The notes under the pieces: generated by a model
What the model was told of the DNA's origin: nothing
What the model saw: only the letters and a program-made list of their open reading frames with translations
Database searches by the model: none
Assembly (NCBI GenBank): GCA_946410555.1
Contig: CAMKAT010000004.1
Coordinates: forward strand, 1-63,627
DNA: 63,627 bases
Source of the DNA: an uncultured Bacillales bacterium
Lineage (GTDB): Bacteria; Bacillota_I; Bacilli_A; RF39; UBA660
Reading direction: 5' to 3'
Shown: piece by piece, positions 1 to 8,331 of the stretch
Layout: every line of letters starts with the position of its first letter
How positions within the stretch are numbered: the stretch's first letter is position 1
Made by a program: the position numbers and the translations under genes

Positions 1-35
1 TGTGCCAAGGATAAACCCTTTGGAATCCCGTTTAA

Positions 36-80
36 GCACCAATACTACAAACTAACGTAAGTAGTAAAGGTGCCTTTTTT
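36..80 (+). terminator. Rho-independent terminator of a transcript that starts upstream of the window
   Basis: Nested stem gcacc/actac ... gtagt/ggtgc followed by a T6 run. Confidence 0.6.
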
Positions 81-193
81 ATTTCAACATTTAGTTTCAT
101 AAAAAAGAAAAATACTATCGCCACTTTCATTACTTCGTAACAAAACGTGCCACGTATTTTTTATAATCGGAAAATAGTAATATTACGATTCCT

Positions 194-222
194 ATAGGTA
201 GAAATAATTCTACCTATTTTTA
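194..222 (+). terminator. Rho-independent terminator
   Basis: Perfect 10-bp stem ataggtagaa / ttctacctat with a 4-nt loop, followed by a T-run. Confidence 0.65.
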
Positions 223-231
223 TGTGATTTG

Positions 232-268
232 TTGACAAATGTTATATAGTGTTATATACTGTTATATG
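232..268 (+). promoter_or_regulatory. Sigma-A type promoter overlapped by three phased direct repeats (candidate GntR operator)
   Basis: TTGACA at 232-237, 17-nt spacer, TATACT at 255-260. GTTATATA repeats at 241, 251 and 261 with exactly 10-bp phasing. Confidence 0.5.
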
Positions 269-284
269 TAAGGAGGCAATTCTT

Positions 285-662
285 ATGAAAATGATTATAA
301 GTAATAGCAGTTCAGTTCCTATTTATGAGCAAATAAAAAATTCTATTATTGAACAAATTATGAATGATGAATTAAAAGAAGATGATGCGATACCTTCTAT
401 AAGAAGTTTAGCACAAGATATAAAAATAAGTGTAATGACGATTAAAAAAGCTTATGATGAATTAGAACAAGATGGCTACATTATTTCTAGGCAAGGAAAG
501 GGTACTTTTGTAGCACCTAAAAATACAGAACTGGCTAAAGATAAAGCACAAAAAGATATTGAAGAATATATATCAAAAATTGTAGATATATCATCGAAAT
601 TTAATATATCAAAGGAAGAAATAATTGATGTATTTAATCTATTTTATGGGAGTGATAAATAA
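285..662 (+). CDS. GntR-family (YtrA-like) transcriptional regulator
   Basis: N-terminal winged HTH pattern PIYEQIKNSI...PSIRSLAQDIKISVMTIKKAYDELEQDGYI...GKGTFV. AAGGAGG RBS precedes ATG 285. Small size and the downstream ABC pair fit the YtrA subfamily. Confidence 0.85.
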   Translation: MKMIISNSSSVPIYEQIKNSIIEQIMNDELKEDDAIPSIRSLAQDIKISVMTIKKAYDELEQDGYIISRQGKGTFVAPKNTELAKDKAQKDIEEYISKIVDISSKFNISKEEIIDVFNLFYGSDK

Positions 663-1519
663 TGAAATATGCTATAGAAATTAAAAATTTAAAAAAGAAC
701 TATCCTGATTTTAGTTTAAAAGTTGATGAACTAAAAATACCATCTGGTGCAGTGATTGGCTTAATTGGAGAAAACGGTGCAGGTAAAACTACATTAATAA
801 AATCTATTTTAAATATTATAAAGAAAGATGATGGTAAGATTAAAATTTTTGATAAAGATTTAGAAGAACAGGAACTAAATATAAAAGAGGATATTGGAGT
901 TGTATTAGATAATACTTTCTTCCCTGAATCACTTAATTCAAGAAACATAGATTCTATTATGCAAGATATTTATAAAAATTGGGATAGTAAATTGTTTTAT
1001 AAATATTTAAAAGATTTTGGTATAAAAGATAATCAAATATTAAAGACAATGTCAAAAGGTATGAGAAAAAAAGTTGAAATAGCAACTGCTTTATCTCATC
1101 ATCCTAAATTGCTTATATTAGATGAGGCAACAAGTGGACTTGATCCAATAGTTAGAAATGAGGTTTTAGATTTATTTTTAAATTTCATCAAAGATGAAGA
1201 ACACACCATTATTTTATCTACTCATATTACAAGTGATTTAGAACATATTGCTGACCACATAATTTTTATTGATAAAGGAACAATTGTATTAGAAAATACA
1301 AGAGATGAAATAATTGATAACTATGGTATTTTAAAATGTGATATTGATGAGTTTGATAGAATTGATACAAATGATATTGTATCTTTTAGAAAAAATAAAT
1401 ATAGTTATGAAATTTTAATAAATGATAAAGATAAATGTAGAAAAAAATACAAAGATTTTGTGATAGACAAGATAACTATTGAAGATTTAATGTTACTTAT
1501 GATTAAAGGAGGAAAGTAA
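662..1519 (+). CDS. ABC transporter ATP-binding protein
   Basis: Walker A GENGAGKTT, signature MSKGMRKK, Walker B LLILDEATSGLD. The start overlaps the regulator stop (TAATG). Confidence 0.9.
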   Translation: MKYAIEIKNLKKNYPDFSLKVDELKIPSGAVIGLIGENGAGKTTLIKSILNIIKKDDGKIKIFDKDLEEQELNIKEDIGVVLDNTFFPESLNSRNIDSIMQDIYKNWDSKLFYKYLKDFGIKDNQILKTMSKGMRKKVEIATALSHHPKLLILDEATSGLDPIVRNEVLDLFLNFIKDEEHTIILSTHITSDLEHIADHIIFIDKGTIVLENTRDEIIDNYGILKCDIDEFDRIDTNDIVSFRKNKYSYEILINDKDKCRKKYKDFVIDKITIEDLMLLMIKGGK

Positions 1520-1520
1520 A

Positions 1521-2150
1521 ATGCTTGGAATGATAAAAAAAGATATATTTATGATAAGAAATAATTTAAAAACTTTGATATTCGCAATTTTTATTTATTT
1601 ATTCTATACATTTATGTTTGAGGCGGATATGTCATTTATACTTCCTTTTATGATGTTGATGATATGTATTTCAACCTTTGGATATGATGAATATAATAAT
1701 TGGTATTCATTTGCATCAGCATTGCCTCAAGGTAAAATTAACACCGTAAAATCTAAATATATAACTACTATTACTTTAATTATATTTGCAACTATTATAG
1801 GTATTATTTGTACTTTTATAATTAGCAATTTTAAAACAACTATTAATTTTAGTGATGCGATTTCATCTATAAGTGGTTGTTTATTTGCAATATTTATTTT
1901 AGTTTCTATGCTATTTCCATTTTTATTTAAGTATGGACATGAAAAAGGAAGAATTGCAATGTTTATTCTTGGCATGGGAGCATTTGCAGTAATTATTTTA
2001 TTAAAAAAGGTTATAAATATAAGTATTCCTACTAGTATAATAACATTCCTTGATTCTTATGGATTAATTATCTTTTTAATATTATCTATTATTTTTATAG
2101 GTATTTCTTATTTAATTTCTAAAAAAATATTTTTAAAAAAGGAATTTTAG
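1521..2150 (+). CDS. ABC-2 type transporter permease / multi-pass membrane protein
   Basis: About six hydrophobic segments. Starts immediately after the ATPase stop, consistent with a ytrA-type operon. Confidence 0.7.
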   Translation: MLGMIKKDIFMIRNNLKTLIFAIFIYLFYTFMFEADMSFILPFMMLMICISTFGYDEYNNWYSFASALPQGKINTVKSKYITTITLIIFATIIGIICTFIISNFKTTINFSDAISSISGCLFAIFILVSMLFPFLFKYGHEKGRIAMFILGMGAFAVIILLKKVINISIPTSIITFLDSYGLIIFLILSIIFIGISYLISKKIFLKKEF

Positions 2151-2187
2151 TTGTTTGTAATATTAAGATATTACGATAAATGATTAA

Positions 2188-2216
2188 TTGATTAATATTC
2201 TTATATTATGTATAAT
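2188..2216 (+). promoter_or_regulatory. Sigma-A type promoter for the small SEC-C ORF
   Basis: TTGATT at 2188-2193, 17-nt spacer, TATAAT at 2211-2216. Confidence 0.5.
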
Positions 2217-2252
2217 AATGGTGACAAAGAAAATATAGGATATGCTAGGATT

Positions 2253-2271
2253 TGTGCACATTTTGTGCACA
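2253..2271. promoter_or_regulatory. Tandem palindromic boxes TGTGCACA x2 (candidate operator)
   Basis: tttgtgcacat repeated head-to-tail with an 11-bp period. Each copy holds the perfect 8-bp palindrome TGTGCACA. Lies between the -10 box and the ORF start. Confidence 0.45.
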
Positions 2272-2295
2272 TTAGATGAATATTTTATATAAAAA

Positions 2296-2448
2296 ATGAC
2301 AAAAATAGTACTTAAAATACAAAATGTTACCTGTCCACAAACCCTTGAAAATAAAGGAAATATGCATAATATTATAAGTATGTATAATATACTAAATGGC
2401 GCCGCATGTGGCAGTGGTAAGAAATATAAACAATGTTGTGGTAAATAA
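2296..2448 (+). CDS. Small (50 aa) SEC-C metal-binding-motif protein; below the ORF-track cutoff
   Basis: My translation is MTKIVLKIQNVTCPQTLENKGNMHNIISMYNILNGAACGSGKKYKQCCGK. The C-terminus matches the SecA-type SEC-C motif C-x-C-G-S-G-K-K-Y-K-x-C-C-G, though the first Cys position is Ala. It has its own promoter and terminator. Confidence 0.55.
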   Translation: MTKIVLKIQNVTCPQTLENKGNMHNIISMYNILNGAACGSGKKYKQCCGK

Positions 2449-2467
2449 GCCAACGAACCCACATAAA

Positions 2468-2495
2468 ATAAGAGGACCTAAACCTCTTATTTTTA
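2468..2495 (+). terminator. Rho-independent terminator
   Basis: Stem ataagagg / cctcttat followed by a T-run. Confidence 0.65.
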
Positions 2496-2521
2496 TGTTA
2501 AAATATAATTAGGTGATAATA

Positions 2522-3406
2522 ATGAGAGAAGTGTATGATAAAGAATTTATAAAAAGATATTTATATCTTTTGGAGAATAAAGAATTAATCTTAGGATTAT
2601 GTGTTGATTATGATATTGAAAAAGAATACTACCAAACTAAAATTAAAGAAAACAAACATTTATTAAAAAAGTTCAAAGATAAAACTTCTCCAGAGTATGA
2701 ATTGATCGAATCATTCTTAGAAAAATCTAAAAAAGCATTAAAAGAACCAAAACCATATTTAATGAAGAAAGTTAATCCTGAGATACCAAAGATGTATGAA
2801 GATTTTCTATTTACAGATAATAGAATGGAACAAACTGATCTTTATAAATGTATCGAAGGTATAAAGAATAATCATCTATATTTAGATAGTATGAATACTT
2901 TGATCGAAAATCTAAGACAAAGAAGAAGTACTAATATGTATTTAAAAGATGTAGATCCATTTAATGTATGGAGAATCTTAGATTATGTTAGAACTAATTG
3001 CAATAAAGATCCAGAAACTTTATATGCATTAGATAAATATTATAATTTTGATAGATATTTTGTAACTGGTATTAACTGGAGAAGTGGATATTATCTAGAA
3101 AGTGATGAAGCCAAAGAAAAAAATAAATATTTACCATTATTTCCTAAGGTTGAATTATTTAGTTCATCATCTTTATATGATGATTTAGGAATATATTCTT
3201 ATTATCAAAATGAATTTGAAGAAGAATCTGATTATAGAAATTATGCCGTTTGTTATAATTATGGAAATCTAGAAGAAAAAGACTATAACTTTAAACATTT
3301 CTTAGCAGTTAGAGCTATTTATTCTGAGAATCTTAAATATCATGCTAAGATAATTCTTAATGAAAGAAATCTAGATAAGAGAATAACAAGATCATTAACT
3401 AAGTAG
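2522..3406 (+). CDS. Hypothetical protein (294 aa)
   Basis: Long ORF in AT-rich DNA. AGGTGA RBS before ATG 2522. No motif recognised. Confidence 0.7.
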   Translation: MREVYDKEFIKRYLYLLENKELILGLCVDYDIEKEYYQTKIKENKHLLKKFKDKTSPEYELIESFLEKSKKALKEPKPYLMKKVNPEIPKMYEDFLFTDNRMEQTDLYKCIEGIKNNHLYLDSMNTLIENLRQRRSTNMYLKDVDPFNVWRILDYVRTNCNKDPETLYALDKYYNFDRYFVTGINWRSGYYLESDEAKEKNKYLPLFPKVELFSSSSLYDDLGIYSYYQNEFEEESDYRNYAVCYNYGNLEEKDYNFKHFLAVRAIYSENLKYHAKIILNERNLDKRITRSLTK

Positions 3407-3425
3407 ACACAAGTCTACTTTTTTT
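3402..3425 (+). terminator. Rho-independent terminator
   Basis: Stem agtagac / gtctact followed by T7. Confidence 0.65.
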
Positions 3426-3435
3426 GACCCAAGAC

Positions 3436-3470
3436 TTGACTTTTTATAATAAATCGTATACGATATATTC
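3436..3470 (+). promoter_or_regulatory. Promoter region of the redox operon with a 12-bp perfect palindrome (candidate OhrR/MarR operator)
   Basis: TTGACT at 3436-3441. Palindrome ATCGTATACGAT at 3453-3464 overlaps the -10 area (TACGAT/TATATT). Confidence 0.45.
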
Positions 3471-3488
3471 AAACAAAGGAGAGATTGT

Positions 3489-4031
3489 ATGAAATTTTAT
3501 GACTTAAAAGTTAAAAAAAGAGACAACTCAGATTTATCATTAAGTGAACTAAAAGGGAAAGTAGTATTAGTAGTTAATACTGCTACTGGATGTGGATTTA
3601 CTCCACAATATGAAGGTTTAGAATACCTTTATAAAAAATATAAAGAAAAAGGATTTGAAATCTTAGATTTTCCATGTAATCAATTTGGACATCAAGCACC
3701 TGGTGATAATGATGAAATCCATGCTTTTTGTACAGCTAAATACAATACAACATTTGACCAATTAAACAAGATTGATGTTAATGGAGAAAATGAAGATCCA
3801 ATATTCACTTTATTAAAAAGCGAACAACCAAAAGAAGTGGTAAAAGGATTTAAAAATAAATTAGCTATGAAAGCAATTTATAAAATAAGTAAAACAAGAG
3901 TTAAAGACTCAGATATTTCATGGAACTTTACTAAATTCTTAGTTGATAAAGAAGGTAATGTTGTTAAAAGATACGATCCTACATTTAATCCTAAAGATAT
4001 AGAGTCAGATATTATTGAATTATTAAAATAA
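3489..4031 (+). CDS. gpx: Glutathione peroxidase family (Cys-type) peroxidase
   Basis: Motifs VVNTATGCGFTPQY, FPCNQFGHQAPG and WNFTKFLVDKEG. The active-site residue is Cys (TGT), not UGA. Confidence 0.9.
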   Translation: MKFYDLKVKKRDNSDLSLSELKGKVVLVVNTATGCGFTPQYEGLEYLYKKYKEKGFEILDFPCNQFGHQAPGDNDEIHAFCTAKYNTTFDQLNKIDVNGENEDPIFTLLKSEQPKEVVKGFKNKLAMKAIYKISKTRVKDSDISWNFTKFLVDKEGNVVKRYDPTFNPKDIESDIIELLK

Positions 4032-4465
4032 TGGATAAGTTATTATTAAAGAATCAATTATGTTTTCCTTTATATCTTTGCTCTAAAGAAATAATTAGAA
4101 AGTATACACCATTACTTAATAAAATAGATTTAACATATACTCAATATATAGTAATGATGTATCTATGGGAAAACAAAGAATGTAATGTTAAAGAATTAGG
4201 TAAGACACTTTTACTTGATTCAAATACATTAACTCCATTATTAAAAAAACTAGAAAGTAAGGACTATATAACTAGAAACAAATCTAGTAATGACTCTAGA
4301 AATACAATAATATCTATCACAGAAAAAGGATTAGAATTAAAGAAAAGTGCATTAGCTATACCAGATAGTATGATTAAATGTGTAAACTTAAGTGACGAGG
4401 AAGCACAAACTTTATATAAAATACTTTATAAAGTTTTATATAATATAGAAAAGGAGGAAAACTAA
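4031..4465 (+). CDS. ohrR: MarR-family regulator, OhrR-like (organic hydroperoxide sensing)
   Basis: N-terminal QLCFPLY with the conserved reactive Cys, then a MarR winged HTH (TYTQYIVMMYLWE...LTPLLKKLESKDYITR). Confidence 0.75.
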   Translation: MDKLLLKNQLCFPLYLCSKEIIRKYTPLLNKIDLTYTQYIVMMYLWENKECNVKELGKTLLLDSNTLTPLLKKLESKDYITRNKSSNDSRNTIISITEKGLELKKSALAIPDSMIKCVNLSDEEAQTLYKILYKVLYNIEKEEN

Positions 4466-4466
4466 T

Positions 4467-4778
4467 ATGGCAGTTTTAGAAGTAAATGAAACAAATTTTA
4501 AAAGTGAAGTTTTAGATTATAATGGAAAGGTATTAGTAGATTTTAATGCTGAATGGTGTGGACCATGTAAAATGTTAGCACCAGTTTTAGAAGAAATTGC
4601 TGAAACTAATAATACTGTTAAATTTGTATCTGTTAATGTAGATGCAAATGAAAGAATTGCAGCTGAATATAATATAATGTCTATTCCATGTTTAGTTATG
4701 ATTGAAAATGGGAAAGAAGTTAAAAGATCAGTTGGTCTAGTTCCTAAAGTTGAACTTGAAAGATTCATAGGTGAATAA
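4467..4778 (+). CDS. trxA: Thioredoxin
   Basis: WCGPC active site, about 103 aa. Confidence 0.95.
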   Translation: MAVLEVNETNFKSEVLDYNGKVLVDFNAEWCGPCKMLAPVLEEIAETNNTVKFVSVNVDANERIAAEYNIMSIPCLVMIENGKEVKRSVGLVPKVELERFIGE

Positions 4779-4779
4779 T

Positions 4780-5682
4780 ATGGTTGATGTAATAATTATA
4801 GGAGCAGGTCCTGCAGGCCTAACTGCAGCCATCTATGCTCTTAGAGCAAAGAAAAGCGTGTTAGTTTTTGAATCTAATATGGTTGGTGGACAAATAGTAA
4901 ATACTTTAGATATCGAAAATTATCCAGTAAATCCACATATTAGTGGATATGATTTTGCTACTAATTTAAAGAAACAAGCTGAAGAACTAGGAGCTACTAT
5001 TATTAATGAAAAAGTAGTATCGATAGAAAACGATACTAACAAAAAAGTAAAAACAGAACAAAACGTATATGAAGGAAAAACTATAATCATAGCAAGTGGC
5101 TTAGAGAATAGAACACTAAGTATTCCTAATGAATTAGAATTAGTTGGGAAAGGTGTATCTTTTTGCGCTACTTGTGATGGTAATTTTTTTAGAGGTAAAG
5201 ATGTTGCAGTCGTAGGTGGTGGAAATACAGCACTTGAAGATGCTTTATATTTATCTAACATTGTTAATAAAGTATATTTAATCCACAGAAGAAATGAATT
5301 CAGAGGAGATACTAAAACAGTAGAACAAATTAAAACTAAGAGTAATATTGAATTGGTATTAGAATCTACTATCTCAAGTATTAATGGAAAAAATGCTTTA
5401 GAAAACATAGTAGTTTTAAATAGAGATGGTTCTATGAGAACAATTCCGATATCAGCTTTATTTATTGCTGTTGGTAAAAAACCAAACACTGATTATTTAA
5501 ATGGACTAATCAATACAGATGAATCAGGATTTATCATTTCAGATGAATCTTGTAAGACTAATATCGAAGGCATATTTGTTGCAGGAGATATAAGAGAGAA
5601 AAAGGTACGTCAATTAGTTACTGCAACAAGTGATGGTGCAGTTGCAGCCCTAGAAGCAATTAATTATTTAAATAATAATTAA
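4780..5682 (+). CDS. trxB: Thioredoxin-disulfide reductase
   Basis: GAGPAG FAD motif, CATCDG redox centre, GGGNTA NADPH motif. ATG 4780 has an AGGTGA RBS; GTG 4771 is an alternative start. Confidence 0.92.
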   Translation: MVDVIIIGAGPAGLTAAIYALRAKKSVLVFESNMVGGQIVNTLDIENYPVNPHISGYDFATNLKKQAEELGATIINEKVVSIENDTNKKVKTEQNVYEGKTIIIASGLENRTLSIPNELELVGKGVSFCATCDGNFFRGKDVAVVGGGNTALEDALYLSNIVNKVYLIHRRNEFRGDTKTVEQIKTKSNIELVLESTISSINGKNALENIVVLNRDGSMRTIPISALFIAVGKKPNTDYLNGLINTDESGFIISDESCKTNIEGIFVAGDIREKKVRQLVTATSDGAVAALEAINYLNNN

Positions 5683-5721
5683 TGTGCTATAATATCTTTT
5701 AGATATTTAGGGAGGTTTTTT

Positions 5722-6177
5722 ATGTTTGAATTAGATGATAAAGTATCTTTTTCTTTAGTAAATATTTTTGATGATGAAGGTGCATTATTAAATTTGTCTT
5801 ATTCTTTACCATTAAACAAAAAAATAGAATTACCATCAAATGTTAGAGAAGTAAGTTTATTTGAAAGCCATCTAGGTAGAATTAATGCTGGATTTGTTTC
5901 AAAAATATTCTATGTTGGTAAAAAGATGAAATTAAAAGACATATTTAAAAATAATAATAAAGTAATCTTTACTGCAGAAAGCAACTTTAATAACAGTAAT
6001 GAAGAAGTATTAGTTAGAATCTCAGAAGACGGTACAATAAATGCTTTAACTAAAGTAGAAGAGGGTGCAGTTGTTGTTCCTAACGTAGAAAGTTTAACAG
6101 TTTTACTAAACTATGTTTCAAGTGAAGTAGAACACATTAATGATTCTGTACAAAAGATTAAAGAATTACATAAATAA
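5722..6177 (+). CDS. Hypothetical protein (151 aa)
   Basis: ORF with a GGGAGG RBS; no motif recognised. Confidence 0.65.
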   Translation: MFELDDKVSFSLVNIFDDEGALLNLSYSLPLNKKIELPSNVREVSLFESHLGRINAGFVSKIFYVGKKMKLKDIFKNNNKVIFTAESNFNNSNEEVLVRISEDGTINALTKVEEGAVVVPNVESLTVLLNYVSSEVEHINDSVQKIKELHK

Positions 6178-6222
6178 TGTAATTCTTTTTTTATTGTGAT
6201 ATTATTATTTTAAGGTGTGAGT

Positions 6223-6945
6223 ATGAAAAAAGTAATAAGATTTTTAATTTTAGTATTAGCTGTTTGTGGTTTATGTTTTTCATTAATTAAGATAATTAAC
6301 TGGAAAAAAGATGTAGATGATAATAAAGATACACAAGAACAAATTCAAGAGTTTGTTCAAATAGAACCAGAAAAAGATGAATTCAATATAAATTTTGACG
6401 AGTTAACAAAGAGAAATAGTGATACTATCGCTTATGTTTATGTTCCTAATACTAATATTAATTATGTTGTTGTTAAAGGAACAGATAATGCCTTTTATTT
6501 AAATCATAACTTTGATAAAAAGAAAAACTCCGCTGGCTGGATGTTTATAGATTACTCTAATTCCGGAGATGTAAGTGATAAAAATATAGTTATATATGGT
6601 CATAACATGAAAGATGGCTCAATGCTTGCTAATTTAAGAAGAACTATTAATAAAGATTGGTATGAAAATAAAGATAATCATACTATTACATATATTAATA
6701 AGAATGGATTGTATAAATATAAAGTATTCTCTCAATATATAACTACTGAAGCAGAAGAGTATTACATTAAAACTTCATTTGAATCTGAATCATCATTTAA
6801 AGAATTTGTTAAATCAATAAAAAGAAGATCATATAATAGCTATGATCTTGATATAGATTCGGTTAAATCAGTTCTTACTTTCTCTACATGTTCAAGTGTT
6901 GGAGATGGTAGAGTTGTTATGCATGCTGCACTTGTTAACGAATAA
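6223..6945 (+). CDS. srtB: Class B sortase
   Basis: N-terminal TM anchor, YGHNMKDGSM (catalytic His region), TFSTCS (catalytic Cys), and a conserved Arg near the C-terminus. Confidence 0.85.
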   Translation: MKKVIRFLILVLAVCGLCFSLIKIINWKKDVDDNKDTQEQIQEFVQIEPEKDEFNINFDELTKRNSDTIAYVYVPNTNINYVVVKGTDNAFYLNHNFDKKKNSAGWMFIDYSNSGDVSDKNIVIYGHNMKDGSMLANLRRTINKDWYENKDNHTITYINKNGLYKYKVFSQYITTEAEEYYIKTSFESESSFKEFVKSIKRRSYNSYDLDIDSVKSVLTFSTCSSVGDGRVVMHAALVNE

Positions 6946-7744
6946 TAGAATTTAAATCTAAGATAAGTATATCTTTATACTTATCTTTTTTAATGTAACT
7001 ATTTATTTCAAATAGACATATAAGTTTATCCTCATCTAAATATATTTGTTCTAACATCGGAGGTAATTTAATAGATTTAATAAATGTAAGATTAGAATCT
7101 TTATCATATTTGTAAATTGTTATTAATGATTTGTTAACAACACCAAATGATGAAGAAACAATTAAATAATGATTATTAAGTGTGATTCCTTGAACTAAAT
7201 CTTGAAAATTTGGTATCTCTTTTATTAAAGTTTTTAATTCTTTATCATATATTTTTAAAATACTATCTTTTTTAGAATTAAAATTACCTAAATAAAGTTT
7301 ATTATTAAAGTATGTAATATAAGCACAAGCTGTTTGATCAAAGATATTTTTTAGTTTATCGCTAACATCAATTCGTTCTATCTTTGGGATAACCATATCG
7401 TATTTAAGTATTTCATCTAAATCAAATATACTTACGGTTCCATGTTTGTCAGTTATATAAATAGTCTTTTTACCATCATATGCTATTCCACCAACGTGAG
7501 CATTGTTATATAGATTAGTTTTCTTAATTAATATAAAGTCTTCATCATATATAAATATAATTGAGTTAGAACCTTTCTTATAAGCAGTTATAAAGTACAT
7601 ATTCTTTACTTTAGTAATCCCTTGAAATATGTAAGATTCATTATCAAGTTTAAAAGAATCTAATAAGAATTCCGAATATTTTTCTTTAACATTATTCTTT
7701 TTCATGAATAAATCTATAGATGCACTTATAATTTTCTTATTCAT
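6935..7744 (-). CDS. Hypothetical protein (269 aa), possibly a beta-propeller-like repeat protein
   Basis: Long ORF with repeated beta-strand-like segments; no catalytic motif recognised. Confidence 0.6.
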   Translation of the reverse strand: MNKKIISASIDLFMKKNNVKEKYSEFLLDSFKLDNESYIFQGITKVKNMYFITAYKKGSNSIIFIYDEDFILIKKTNLYNNAHVGGIAYDGKKTIYITDKHGTVSIFDLDEILKYDMVIPKIERIDVSDKLKNIFDQTACAYITYFNNKLYLGNFNSKKDSILKIYDKELKTLIKEIPNFQDLVQGITLNNHYLIVSSSFGVVNKSLITIYKYDKDSNLTFIKSIKLPPMLEQIYLDEDKLICLFEINSYIKKDKYKDILILDLNSIIR

Positions 7745-7811
7745 ACAATCACCCTATTTATATTAATATCATATCATTATATATGTTATAATTAAAATGG
7801 GAGTGATGAAT

Positions 7812-8288
7812 ATGAGTAAAAATTCTATATATGTTATGGATTTAATATCTTATTATGTATTATCTGTTATTGGAGTGTTTATTGGATATAGTAATCTTAA
7901 TTTTGTAGAATCTATTGAATCTGAATACAATATATTCAATGTATATACATTTAATCCTACGAATGAAAATATAAGCTTTATAATTATGACTATAGCTACA
8001 TTATTCTTATTATATTTTATATATAGAGTTAATAAAGAAATAAGAGGACAATCAATATTCTCATTCATAGGGAAAGAAGTATTACTATTATTTATAATAC
8101 TATTCCTAGTATTCTCTTATGCAGTAATGCCATTCATATTCATGATTGAGTTACCTAACCAAGTAATTCCTACAAGTAGATTAACTGAGATTATTAAATA
8201 TGGTTTCTTACTTTTACCATTAGTCTTCTATGTTATTAATTTAATTTTAAATATAGTTTTAAAAATCAAAGGTGTTAAAGAAGACTAG
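7812..8288 (+). CDS. Integral membrane protein (about 4 TM)
   Basis: Hydrophobic segments throughout. GGGAG RBS precedes ATG 7812; in-frame ATGs at 7797 and 7806 are also possible. Confidence 0.6.
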   Translation: MSKNSIYVMDLISYYVLSVIGVFIGYSNLNFVESIESEYNIFNVYTFNPTNENISFIIMTIATLFLLYFIYRVNKEIRGQSIFSFIGKEVLLLFIILFLVFSYAVMPFIFMIELPNQVIPTSRLTEIIKYGFLLLPLVFYVINLILNIVLKIKGVKED

Positions 8289-8331
8289 ACAATTAATTTT
8301 CAAATGATAAAATTTAAGAAAGAGTGATTAT

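Noticed and set aside
1-30. GTGCCA / AAACCCTT at the window start as an inverted copy of the cassette repeat tail (TGGCAC...AAGGGTTT in copy C)
   Set aside because: The blocks are in complementary order, not reverse-complementary order, so this is not a true inverted or direct repeat match.
2184-2462. 92-aa minus-strand ORF from the six-frame track
   Set aside because: It has no RBS or motif and runs antisense to a complete plus-strand mini-gene (promoter, SEC-C ORF, terminator). Its composition looks like antisense low-complexity sequence, so it is probably not coding.
3489-4031. Possible selenocysteine recoding in the glutathione peroxidase
   Set aside because: The active-site codon is TGT (Cys) within ATGCGFTPQ. 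There is no in-frame TGA and no SECIS-like hairpin.
4920-5489. 189-aa antisense ORF inside trxB, plus similar antisense or overlapping track ORFs: 700-948, 1727-1975, 4517-4768, 7853-8068, 12751-12954, 13949-14296, 14500-14688, 17819-18010, 18411-18695, 18470-18655, 20767-21027, 23619-23804, 25004-25222, 28532-28744, 31067-31372, 32165-32386, 35404-35604, 37567-37770, 39634-39888, 44047-44350, 50031-50213, 52881-53090, 54125-54358, 55310-55603, 58868-59053, 61568-61795, 62273-62512
   Set aside because: Each lies wholly or largely within, or antisense to, a longer ORF that has clear family motifs or better start signals. None shows an RBS or a recognisable domain.
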